Source: Iphione sp. A-MEVVRFRX5 (lineage: Eukaryota). From it: a DNA stretch of 64,000 nt. The notes below the pieces were generated by a model. That model was not told the origin of the DNA. It worked only from the letters and a program-made list of their open reading frames with translations, and ran no database searches. The stretch covers positions 27,776,001 to 27,840,000 of the forward strand of contig OZ320322.1 of NCBI GenBank assembly GCA_976226885.1, given 5' to 3'. The position numbers were made by a program, and so were the translations under genes. Position 1 is the stretch's first letter. Each line of letters opens with the position of its first letter. Below, in pieces: positions 51,650 to 64,000 of this stretch.

Positions 51650-53250
51650 TGCCGATTGCCCTCCTGGAATGTCTCTGGCACTGTGCGGAATTGGCAGCCA
51701 AGAACACACACAGGTACACACTTTCAGGTGCAGGGACCGACAAACAGGAACTGAATGGCCCACTCCGAAAACACCAAAGCAGAGCGATAGCATATGTGGA
51801 GGAATATTGTATGATAAAACTGCCTATATTCATCTATGGCAAGCAGGACTGTGCCCTCTCTCTCTAAGTAATCTATGACGCCTCGTCGCACAATATTTAG
51901 GGGCTTGATGGCAATTCGCTTGTATATCTATCAGTCGCTCAAGCCGCATAGTGTGCGGTTGCCTTCGTCAAGGTATTTACAGCTTCATGTCAATATTAGG
52001 TTTAACATTCGAACACCAGCAGATGCCGCTTCCATGATGGATCAGGTCCATTCTCCCGGGCGGGGGAGGAAGGCCGAACACGTCTGGCCCCATGTGTCTG
52101 TCGGAGCCAACGACTGGCAGTAGTAAAGACTGACCGCACTGACCTTGCAATGTCCGCCGGAGGTGTCTGCACTGACCTCTAACCGACCTTCGCCTGACTA
52201 CCAACAAAAAAGTCCATCCGAATACAGAACTGAGACAAAGACCCTCCACCAGGTATACACTGAGGTAGCACTCTCCATAACCAGGACAATGTAACCGCGC
52301 CATAACATTAGTAAATGATATATTTCTTTCTCCCAGGAAAACCGTGGGAATAAGGGTTAACTGGGAAAAATAACCTTCCTGTATGAAAAACAAGCAGATT
52401 CCTACTGCGAGAGCTTGCCAATAATGACCTAATGTGCTAATAATAAGTGGATGACTGCCTTCCAAACCCATCACTGGAAGTACATGTACAATGAACTAAA
52501 CTTGACAGTTAAAATAGCATGCATGCAGGCATCAATATACATGTCGCAGTCCGCTCATACCGCGGCCCAGGTTAGGGATTTTAGCTCCTGGCCAAGAAAA
52601 CCATCAGTGTTTGAATATAAAGAGAACGAGGGGAACCGGCACTATTAACAGGGTGGGGGCCCTTGAACTGGTTCGAATACCGTGGGGTACTGAGCTGAGG
52701 GGTACATAGACAGTTTGCATAGGTCAGCAGAACACATCGCTAGCCTTGTGCAGGAGCTGACCCGAAAAACACTGTTTTTTGAATAGTCGTATCCTATAGG
52801 ATATAGTGCAGAGGTCGGTATTGTTATCAAACACTGGCCCCACTGTGCTCCATCATCGTGCTATTGAACAGGTCTAATGGTCGAGTTCTGACTAGGGCGG
52901 AGGCTTCGATTTTATCCCGGTGGAATCATGTAGAGTCTAAAATCTATTATATTAAATGGTTTTTGGCTGATAATATTCAATTGCCATGCAGTTAAACTCT
53001 GTAGTATTGTTAGGCCTACACGGGACTAATTTCAAATATCCTTCACTGAGCATGTTAAGTTAATAATGCTAAAAGGTCAACCTCTAGCCCCCTGGCCATG
53101 GGGATTCCCCATTTAAGTCAGGTGATTTGGTGTTGGTCTCTCTAGCCAAAGTTCTTTCAGGGTTCAATTCCCAGATGGTGCTAGTTCTCCAAAGACTGGA
53201 TAAAACACTACACATATCAACAAGTGATACTGTTCATCTGTACCTCAGAC
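51650..53250 (+). mobile_element. Possible heavily decayed Ty3/Gypsy pol relic
   Basis: Scattered frames give WPTPKTPKQ (51756-51782, like the RT thumb WPTPKTVKQ) and FKSGDLVLV (53112-53138, like the integrase C-terminal region), in pol order; many stops and frameshifts; no YxDD seen. Confidence 0.3.
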
Positions 53251-53589
53251 TAAATGTGACAAGATAATATGGGCACGAAACTTGAAATCTCTATACGTGT
53301 AATTTCATCGCAGAAGCTCATGTTACTTGCACCCAGGGGGACATCAGTTACCAAGGGCATGTCCAGTTCAACGTCTCCCTCCCCTACAGTTAGTCATAGA
53401 CTTGTAATATCTTGGAATAGTCCGTGTGGCTCTGTTGGAGGATGAAACATATACATGTACTACTGAACATGTATGATGGTAATAAGATGACTCTAGAAGA
53501 GGAAGAAAGGTACTCTTTACCCTATTATAGAACCATTTCATATTTAGTTCGTCGATGTGCAGGAGGTTTCAAAAAAGCATATTTCTATA

Positions 53590-53766
53590 CAGTGGAGTCT
53601 TAATTTGCGACCACATTGATTTCCGACCATTCTTAATTTCCGACCATCTGAGATGGGTACCAAAATGCTGATTTACATACATTTGATACATAATTTCCGA
53701 CCAAACTTCCTATTACGACCATTTTGGGCCGGACCCAACCACTGGTTGGAAAGTAAGACTCTACTG
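53590..53766. mobile_element. Tc1/mariner (pogo/Tigger-like) MITE, 177 bp
   Basis: TA|CAGTGGAGTCTTAATTT ... AAAGTAAGACTCTACTG|TA (TIRs 15/17 identical, TA TSD); internal ATTTCCGACCA repeats. Confidence 0.8.
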
Positions 53767-55327
53767 TATATGTTGAAAGAGATTTAGGAATTCCCAAGTT
53801 TCCAAAGTAACCAGCACATGGCGCACATATAGTTACAGAAACTACATTCGGAAGATACACGGGATTCTCTACAGATCACAAACCTTCTGTTCGTCTAATT
53901 TAATAGATGTTGTGAACCGATGACTTAACCCTCATATCTAAACCATTTTTGTTAAGGTAAAGCTTGAGGTACAGATACTTTAAACTTAATGTGTTTTGAA
54001 TGGAAAAAATATTTTTCTTTATGCCAAGAGTAAAGATTGCAACGCACTAGAAACAATGCGTGAGAAAGAAATCCTTATTTACATGCCTGCGAGATAAACG
54101 GAATCTGTGAACACGGAGCTTGATCCGGTCGGGTAGATCTTCGTGTATAGCAAACACTTGTGCACTGGATCAACGAATAATCTACCGGTCAATCGGATAG
54201 GGCAAGCTAATCCTCGATTACTGGATGGTACAAGCTGCAATACCTTTTATCCACACCTTTCGTTATGTTAAAAAAAACACATTACTGAGGATCACACGGG
54301 AGTGATTTCCCTAGAAACGAAGGGAGTTAGTCGTGCGGTTAAGTTACCACATGTGCCGTCAGACCTCGTTACTTAGGAGACTCAAAACTTCAAATTTCTC
54401 AAGTTTTTAAACGTATGGGGTCACAATAACATCGTTCTACAATGAATCACTGTATAATGATCACACTTCAGATAATTCACTCAACCAGACAAGATGTTGG
54501 TAAACATAAACAGATACAAAAGTAGCCATGCAGGTCTGACTATATATGTGTAGGAAGAACTGCCCGGCCTACGTTAGTGCATGCATACGTACAAAGAACA
54601 ACCTGGCCTAAGTACAAGCACATGTACATGTATGTGTGTGAAAAGCTCTCCAGCCTAATGGCGTCCTTCCTCTTGAATTCCTTTTTGTAGAAACTATAAG
54701 GATATCTAGCTAAAGGAGAGGCTTTAGCGCCCCGCTTCTCGGAAGAACTCTAGACTCATCCTCGAGGACCACACAGGACATAGCTGGGTCCTCAATCAGA
54801 GCCGGTGTTCCTCTAGGAGCATTCCGCCAGGTCGTCGCAGCCACTGCAGGATAAAACCGCAGCTTTGTGTACGAATAGACTGAGTCAGATTCTCGCCCAC
54901 ACATAGGGAGGGAGGGGGAAGGGGATTGGTCATCTCTTCCAACCTTTTCCTCCTCCTCCTCCTCTTCCCGTGCCATGTTGCCACCTATGCCAAGACACGA
55001 ACAAGTGAAGCACACCCCCTCCTCTCCATATCGTCTGTTCTCTCCCCTATACATCTGTACGGTGCACCCACCTGCCAGTAACTCATCCATCCGTCCTTGC
55101 CACTACTCAATCATTCATCCACCCATCACACTGTACGACTCCTTCCCCACTGCAGGAGACGGTGAAATTTCTTGGGAAGGGTACAACTCAGATCTCTATA
55201 TTCACGTCGATTTTTAGGTATCTTATTATGCACCCCAGTAAGAACTCGAACGGAAAATATGTCCTTAATATCTTAACAGGATGTGCACATGGACACTTTC
55301 CTCACCTTTCAGGGGAGCCTAACTTAC

Positions 55328-55384
55328 CTTTGTCTAAAAGCGTCGGGTCAGCAATAGTCCTGTCAACTATGACTGATGAACTGT
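55328..55384 (-). CDS. Candidate upstream symmetric exon (DSSSVIVDRTIADPTLLDKG)
   Basis: Acceptor gtgtacctcag| and donor AAA G|gtaagt; 57 nt, phase 1 to 1; end resembles repeat tails VDR...LDRG|gt. Confidence 0.3.
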
Positions 55385-55788
55385 CTGAGGTACACAATAC
55401 ATCAGAGAATTGAAGTCATCTGTATGTCTATGACAATAGTTATCACCGCCGCCCCCACCCACCCACCATCAAAATCCTGTCCGTTGTCTCCAAGTAGAGT
55501 GTGTGAAGTAAAAGTGTATTTTCCAAATTTTGATCACAATTAAACTGCGTTTATCAACTAGAATCAGTCCTCAGTAAACCTGGATTACTAACTCATTGAA
55601 AGGTATTTTCTTTAAAGGTATGGCCATATTGGAGTCAATTTGTTTAGAACTTTTGAAAATTTGAAGTCTCGCTCTCCGCTTCATGTTATGACACGGGATG
55701 TGTGATTTCCATACATACACAAGCTCTCAAGGTGAATTAGGATTCTTCGCCACCGGACAGAAAGAAACAACACGAAGAGGGACAGCAA

Positions 55789-55793
55789 GAGAG

Positions 55794-55826
<33 letters not shown>

Positions 55827-55850
55827 AGAAAGAGAGAGAATGAGAGAGAG
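55789..55850. repeat. (GA)n / poly-G purine tract
   Basis: Read directly from sequence. Confidence 0.9.
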
Positions 55851-58800
55851 ACGGAGGCAGAGATGTGTGTGGGCCAGATTATGGTGGCGATGTGACAATT
55901 TAGCATGACATCATTCAACTTCAGACAGTGTCCCTTATGTTTCTTTACGCTTCTGTGACTTCACCCATGTTTTTGTGGGGCGATAATGGATCACAGCGCA
56001 TGGCAAAGTTGGTTTAAGGATCACAGTACATGATATAGTAATAGACGGAGCGATGCTTGCGCTTGTCTATGGGCTTCTCAAACTGCACATCAATTATATG
56101 TCTATAACTTTAATAAATTTCATTAAACTTAACAAAAGGCGTCAGGGATCAAAACAGGTAACGTGGTAATGAAATACATTCCTATTTATTATTCCTGGTA
56201 ATACATATGTAAACATCAAACATTACTGGTGATTTCTCTTACCATTTTAATCTGACCCTGGATTTAATTATCCAAGTTTTTTTCTATATTTTATAGCAAT
56301 TACATGTAAGACTTTGATACATAAGTTTTCCCTTTTCCTATCTATACTACTATATACGCAGCAATTTAACCCATCAGTGAGTATATGGATGTTATTTGAT
56401 GTAATATTACAAGAAATAGGCTTGTAACTATAACCTTAGTAATTATATATATGGAAATAATAGACAGTAGATCCTCACAGCTAGGGACACTATTGTTTCC
56501 AGGTGAAATTATCCCCATTTAGCGGGTGCCCCTCGTCCTGGATGCTACAACGTGTAGCCAAAATAGGACACGATTCTAACCAAAACTTCCCTCAATCTTA
56601 GGGTGTCCCCATCTTCTGTCCGAAGTCTTGAGATACTACTGTATCCCTCATTGAGAGTAGGATAGGCGATAAAGGGCATATACAGACATAGACATAAACA
56701 AGTCACTGGACCTCTTTTATGGAGAAAGGGATAGTGAGTCTTCACACCACATACATTTAAACGTGTATCTTTCAATAATGAATAACCTGTTTTTTTAGAC
56801 AGGTTGGCACACACACTCCACTGGGTCTCTCGGTCCTTCTCTCTCTCTCTTTTTTTCTTGCTATTTTTAACGCATAAAAAACTGGTAGGCGGCACTCTAC
56901 GGCGCCGTCCTAGCATTATGAACCAATGCCATGGGAGTCTATAAATGAGAGGGTGTCTGTCGTTGTTATTCGATGTGGGGATCCCGGGGCAGTGATGGAC
57001 TCTGGGAGTAAAAGTGGGTGTAAGGTCTGCCACTGTCTCGCCCTCTCCCATTAGTCACACTCTTTAGCGAGAGGTCAAAGGCATAAAACATAATTGTACG
57101 TGGCCCTCATTATCAGGAACGTGTAGGAAAAAATAATCTCGCCATACTGACATATAAAGATAGACAGCCTCGACTTTTCCATATGAATAATATGCGTTTC
57201 GTATTTCAAATAGACGACAGTATCATGTCAGCAAAATGGATCGTATAGGATAAGTTACTGTGGGAAGTTATCATACTAAAGAGTCATGGGCGTTTATACA
57301 GCAGTTTCTTCAACAAAGAAATGAAAAAAGTACTTTGCAAAACTGTATGATTCTAACATATGCAATACACATTAACTACTCTCTAGAAACAATAACTGGG
57401 ACTGTTGCTGAACCTATGCTATATTCTATTATGAGAATATTTGTAACTTCTTGTCTGACGGTCGTGACAATAAATTTGCATGTATTTCATTGGTGTTCTA
57501 CCACGTCTGTAGTAGTGGCAGTGAGATGAACAGGTGATTGGCGTTGACTTTGTCGGGAATTCGAGAATCCCTCAAAATATGAACTTTGTTCCAAGAAGGA
57601 CGATGTTCTGAGTTACTGCTTGATGCTCTCATAGCATTAATCAAGACAACTTCCTTTAACGTGACCAGATGGAATTTCCTTTGGAATTGAGTGAAGAACT
57701 GAAAATTAGAAAATCAAATCATAGCCTTGACAACATTTTGTCCAAGAAGATGGGTATATAGGTAGTCAAGTAAAAATATCTTACATTCATACAATTTTTC
57801 TTTACAGCCTCCAGAAAGCATTCAAGTGTTCACCGGATGTTTTCAATAACAGCCTTACTGAGGTTGCAGTGATAACATGCTTAGAAACTTATAGACTAAA
57901 CGTAGCAATGTAGGTAAACAGAATCAGTCGTGCTCCCCCACCAAGACACTGTTCATGTATACATTTATCTGTATACTGTATTTCCATTCAGAAACAATCA
58001 CTACTCAGTCCTGGACGCACGTTCATTTAGAATACTTACACCGTGCGCAGATCGTCTTTCTCATTTAGTACACTGTAATTCTACAAGGATAACCCCGACA
58101 AACTGTTTCAGTTCAAATGGACCTGCCGCGTGCCATATGGCTCTGCCACATCCCTTTTCCGTCGTTCTAATTTCTACTGATATATTCTGTTGTCAGAGAG
58201 ATTCTCGTGATACACTTATTGTACAATTCGCCTGGTCCAGTGCACTGATTTGTATGTAGAGATGCGACTAGACACTACGTGCATGTCCTGTATGGCACAA
58301 CAGGATCTGGCACTGCGGTCAACCTGGCTCAGAGGCTATATAAAACTAAGCAAGTAAGTGTTAGCCTTGCCACTTACATCATAAACGGAACCAGCTATTG
58401 GCAGGCGATTCGAAGGTGTTGTAGTTTTCACCAAATTCATACTTAAGCCAGTGCTACGCAATTGTAATTAATATTTAAAGCAAGACTATTACCTTCCCAC
58501 TGACGTAAGATGTAGCTGCAGTTACGGATGTGAACCACTTTCACTGGTTCATAGAGGGGACATACAGTTGTATTTTAAGTTAAATACACACCTGTCACAG
58601 TAAGGCTGTTTACAAGGCAGTACATCACTGCTGTGATCGCAGGCATATCGCCTGGTACGTATTTATAGTCGTTCTTTTTTCACTGTACCTCTTGATGAAA
58701 TACATTTTATTGACATGCCTTATCACTGTCCCTAGTAAATACCCATCTGTCTCCCCAAGGCGTCCCCAATGAATGAATGAGAGATAAGCCTTCCATTTGT

Positions 58801-61800
58801 GTGTGGGTGTGTAAGTGCTGGGGAGACGTGTGTGGGTGTGTAAGTAGTGGGCAGGTTGTTGAAGGGAACCCTGCGGCGTCACGCCATAACGCAGACGATC
58901 ACTTTACCACTGCTGGGCAGCCATTCAGGTCATGCTTCTAAACTGCACTCCGCACACATGGATTACCAAACAACTGAGCTCTGTGTAGAGAAAAACTTAC
59001 CTCAGGTGACCGCAGCGGGCTTGGCCACCTGGGCCTGGCATTACAAAGATTTCAGTCAGAGCCCATCCGAATCTATTGCATTGGTTTGCTTGGCATTCCT
59101 GACGTTTGCAGTGAGGGAGTGGGAGGCGAACAGGTCAATGGACGCCCGTTCACCGTTAGGAAGGCTCATTTGGAATGAACAGCGGCGAATTGTTTGAATG
59201 AAATGACCCCCCCCCCCTCCGCCTTTCTGAAAATGACCACGCGGTATGAATCAAATGGAGACCGTTCTAAAAATATGCAGACCATTTGAGATAAATACTG
59301 GGTATTTGCTGGGAACAATTTCCGAAAGGTCGCATGAGAGGGACGATAAGTACCGGGAGGAAAACCTGCCTTCTTCTGTCAACAGCTCGATTTTCGTTGG
59401 AGCCCAGCTGGACGCCAACCTACGATGGACAAAATGTACTTAGAGACGCGTTGATTTATTAAAGCTATCGAAAACCTTTGGCGCAGCTACTGCTGCCAAT
59501 TTGAATGAGTCTGTGTTGACGAGCCGGGGGTTCAAACGACCATGCAATTAATCGAGTAAACGTGTAAAACCGTGGTGTCCCAGTCTGGATGGACAATGAC
59601 TACCAATGAGAAGGATCTTAAGCAGGTGGGAGGTTAAGTACGAGCCTCTTAATGATGGGGTTCATGCTTTTTAATCCCAATTCCCGTTGAGGCTAACGCG
59701 TAAGGTATCTTCAGGAGGTGCTGCTCAGAACAAAGGGGCGGCGGAAGGGGTAAATACACCGCGGTGGTGTGAAGAGGGGATCGGACAATGGCTGAAGGTT
59801 TTCAGCATTACCTTGGCACTGCGCCAAGTGTTGACCTCGTTTTAAACAGGAATGCCTTTAGGATTGCAATCGGCTGGTTATAGCGTTCCGCTTGACTGAT
59901 GTGCCGTTTCTGTCCATGACAAGGGTGTGGGGGGTGCGGTGGGGCGGGGGAGCGCATACCTGGATGCCGTGCTTGATGGCTGTGTGCGGCATACTGAATG
60001 CCATGGGCTGATAATTCATTCTGAACAGCAACATGAACTTTCCACCGACTTCAAAACACACATACCAATCGACTTCATGGGACTGCAAAAGGTCTTCGGT
60101 TCTTTGGTTGTGTACACAGGTCCCCAACGACATACGAAAATATAGGATTCATTGACTACTTGTAGTCATTTTGTTGTCTGCCACAGCATCAAGAGGATTT
60201 ATAGCGAGTTGTCAGAAGTCAGATCACAACTAGTGTTCTGTTAAGTTACTTATTCCAAATATTGTTTCAGTCTGAGTTTCTATCGCACAGGGGAAGTCCC
60301 TGTACGCAATACGGGATCATTTGCATCACAGCTGTCGACTTAGTCACCTGTTCGCTTCTGTACGTACGACAGAAATTCCTGACTGCGGGCAGCAGTTAAT
60401 CATATTTGCAGCGTTTCCCAACAGGTGTTTCTCCGTTTTTAGTTCGGGTTCTGCTCAGTGTTTTTACCTTTAACGACCCACGTAAGACAGGCAACGGGAT
60501 TGGCATTTATGCGAATGCACAAGTCCTCCCTCATCGATTATCCTCTTGTACACTGACAAAACACCCACATATGCCAAAGCCTCCTTTGAGAGGACCGCTG
60601 CTGCGTTTTACAATATATACTAACAGGCCAAAGGCGACCATCACCTAGTCCGCTGGTGGTGCTCACCTACATATGGCAATTCCTGTTGGAGGCAAGCGGC
60701 TCTGACTACGCGCATAATTTTCAGGGGTCAAGTGATGCTTCCACTGTTTCCCCTTGTTAGCCCGACACACACAAGTCAACGTGCGGCTTTCGACTTTGGT
60801 CATCCTCTAGTGTATACACAGGACATGGGAGTTTTAGCCCAGATACTTGAGTGACATATCCATAACTCTTCGCAGGAGAGTGCGGAGTTAGTTATAGGTG
60901 CTGAAATGGGTCGATCTTCCACATACATTCAGTTCACTCGAGCTGAGCTGTGTTGCAGTTGACGCTGCCAATATCGCGTCTGTCCGCCCGTCTCTGTTCA
61001 TTCTGGAAGTTTGTGGGATGTTTGTGTGTCTTGTTCCCATGGTGCACAACCCTGCCTCTAATCGAGTAAGGTTTCATCTCGCGGAGTATCTGAAGAATGA
61101 GCCTGTGGTGTGATGACAGATGTATGCTATCAATATAGTGTTTCAGAGCTGCTATTGCGGAAATACTGCAAACTACATACAAACCATGTACATGATACAC
61201 ATGCGTTATATTTGAAGTTTGACGAATAATTCCATTTTAGGTAAGAACATTTTGTTCTCGGATAATCTTCTCCGTGTCAGATACTGGGATGCATTAATTT
61301 GTCCAGCAGGTTGCTGTGCTTATGAGATTTCCCAAGAGTTCGTCTTTGAATATGAAGGTACTTCTACCACAGGCTTTCTTTGTTTAACTACTTATCGATA
61401 TTGACAATTTGATATGCTTTATTACACTGCTGGGTCGTTTTATAGTGGCGGGGTATCCAGTACGGTTTGTGAAACACATACTAGTACAGAACTATAATTC
61501 TTCCATTATTTTATTCTTATCATATAGGCCTCACCCTACTTGCAAGACGATGTAGGCAATATATCTTATGATGATTGTAAAGACACTTTAGGAGTTATTT
61601 CATCGTTATCATTGACCCTCCACATGGGTACACAAGGATGGGCAGCCAATATTGGCAATAGTAAGAAGACTCGTGAAAGCAACCAGCCGAATTTACCTGC
61701 CCAGGTTAAGATAAACTCCTCCTATATATATGAATGAGGAAAAGCAGCGAGGTATATATGTTTCAAGTGTCTTAAGCATTGGTGACTTAAAAGGAACCTT

Positions 61801-64000
61801 TTCTGCCTCACTCACTATGCTTCAGTGGTTTGGAGTACATCCTTACGCATGAATCGTGTTGACTGATAGGACTAGGCATTGAAACCCGACGGGCTCCAAA
61901 CCGCTGAAGTTCACTCTGAACGCACGGCCTCTTAGCCAAAATGAAAGAACATTACAGAGGTTGCCAGATATTAAATAGACCGTGGTCACATTTTTTTCAA
62001 CAGAGATCGCAGCAGATTCGCAAATTTACGTTCGTGTGAGTTGTGTTTATCGATGGCTTAAACTAATCTAATAGGTGTCTTTCCACTCAATAGAACTTGC
62101 ATCTCTCTCAACCCCTTTTTGCATCTCTCTCCCCTTTTTATCATGCATAGTGTAGACCTATAGTTACGCAATTTCACTTTGTAACTGTAAATCCTCTTAG
62201 GACTAATTTTGCACTGAGAGTCTGGCAAACAGTCGAAGTGATTAAACGATTGCTGTTCTCAGAGATATGCTCGTACGATGCAGATCTGTATTGAGAGACT
62301 GCTGTTGAGATTAGCGACCTGACTACATGTGTATGACGAAGGCCTGTACATGTAGTTAATTAACTACGGTAAGTCCAAGTCATTGGAGTATCCGACGAAT
62401 ATCTGCACTAGTGGTTAGCTTCTGCTGAGCTCAGTGAATTGTCTGTGTACTATCGGCCTGTAAATAGTGCTTGACTGCTGGTGAGTGAGTGGCTTATCTA
62501 TTGAATATAAATCCTTGCTGCTGTAAGTATTGTTGAGCTGCTGGATGAAGTGATTCGTTTTTACCAGTATGAAGTTCTTCTATCATCACTCCTAAATATT
62601 TTACTGGGAAAGCATCGACATTGTTTAATCATATATTAAAAGAAATTCTATGCTATATCGGGTAGGATAGTTTGGCGTTAGCAGAGAAGTTCACTAACTG
62701 ATTCGCAACTGAAATTGAATGGGCGTATAAATTTACAACCAGGTTACTGACGTACAGGGAAAACTCGGGGTTTATAGAACGATGGGAATGAAGCGCCCTG
62801 TCCACTGCCTAGACGCGCCACAGAAAGTAAATTGGCTGCACAACTGGAGATGTTTGTTGAGGGTAAGGAGGTCCAGTGCGGTAAGTTGACTTAGGGTGGA
62901 CGCAAGTCTTCAAGCAACCCTGCTCTGGCAGTTAGCTTTTATTCGCAGCTCGTGCAGCAGGTCACTGTTGTTTGATCTACTGTCAAATGTTTGCTTGAAG
63001 CTCCGCTGCAAAAAGCCGCACCTTCGGACGGTTTGAACCATTAATGAAATTGGCGACTGCAGTAGGTTTAAGACACCTATATGCCGAAAGGAGGATATTA
63101 ATTGAAATGCTCTGCCATAATAAGGACGTGCTAACTAATAACACACCCCAGACACCCCTACGATAAATGAATTGGTTTTTTTCTCTTTTAACGAGTCCTC
63201 TTACACCTTTTTTACGAAGTTGGCTTCATGTATTGACTTTGTGGAAAGAGGCCACTTTTTACGAAACTTTTCAGCAAGAACTTATTGAAATGCTGACATG
63301 TATATTTACTTGGTTGTGTTTTAGTAGAAATAAATACGAGGCCAGTATCATTTAAATTTGTAGACTGTAAAATGTAACATCCTAACGTGTTGATACCAAA
63401 TATAAACATTGAATTCGTAATACTTCCAATAAGCTCATGTTAATTGTAGCATCTGCAAAAATACACTCTTTGACATCAAAACTATATATTTTTTCCCTGT
63501 AAATACCATTTAAGTGTTTATACAGTGCTAGATTCTTTCAAAGAGGTCAATGCATGTATTTTTTTGTTCCTGTATAAAGGAATCTGACCATAACACTTAA
63601 GGACTAATAGCAACAGCAAACGTGCATTAGCTGGTCATACTAGTAATACCCAACTGTATAAATTTTCATTACTTTAACGATATTTGTTCATAAATAAATT
63701 ACGGTGTTCTTTCTCACTACATATGAATCATTAGGTCGAATATAATTGTATTAGTCGAGGGAACCTCTCATCGAGGGACTCTCGGTACTGGGTCACTTTC
63801 TATTCAGAGATAGTGAGCAACTCATAGGCTGGAGCCCCACGGTACAATGTTGGGCGTTGCCACCCTCCGCTACTACTGATCCATTAGCTATGGGCAGATG
63901 ACGAGTGAGTACATTCATTCGACCTGAAGCTATAGAGCGGTTAAAAACACGCCTAAAAGACACACACAAGGAAAGAAAAGAAAGGCCAAAAAGCTGTGAG

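Noticed and set aside
54710-55090. 126-aa ORF with poly-Glu (MAREEEEEEE)
   Set aside because: Driven by a (CCT)n simple repeat; no domain or splice support
56545-57051. 168-aa and other 60-170-aa ORFs in 17-64 kb
   Set aside because: No recognisable motifs or codon bias; several include microsatellite-derived runs
59000-59097. Cys-containing exon-like segment (ECQANQCNRFGWAL...) with GAG|gtaagt donor
   Set aside because: Phase 0-to-2 with no compatible neighbour identified and no homology; expected by chance at this frequency
62230-63050. LTR/PBS/gag-like appearance
   Set aside because: No paired LTR and no convincing PBS or gag motif
1-64000. CRISPR arrays, rRNA genes, prokaryotic operons
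   Set aside because: None seen; the sequence is intron-containing eukaryotic DNA, and the 44-bp repeat has no unique spacers

Overview
Eukaryotic (invertebrate animal, probably lophotrochozoan or lancelet-like) genomic DNA, not prokaryotic. The only clearly protein-coding locus is a minus-strand, intron-containing gene at about 0.8-16.3 kb. I reconstructed 11 GT-AG-bounded exons that splice into one uninterrupted frame of 5145 nt (1715 codons). They encode 8 tandem concanavalin-A/laminin-G-like (pentraxin-like) beta-sandwich domains of about 210 aa, numbered D1-D8 in transcript order, each with a C-x6-C motif. Every domain boundary is a phase-1 intron. Six domains are single symmetric exons, and D1 carries an inserted RRRSRR convertase-type site. 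The start and signal-peptide exon is not identifiable, and the 3' end is uncertain. The remaining ~48 kb looks intronic or intergenic: a tRNA-derived SINE (a second copy lies in a gene intron), several MITEs, micro/minisatellites, decayed retroelement-like fragments, a few candidate small exons and a possible antisense spliced unit. Most short ORFs in the supplied track are antisense shadows or chance. No database search was possible, so family names come from recalled motifs.
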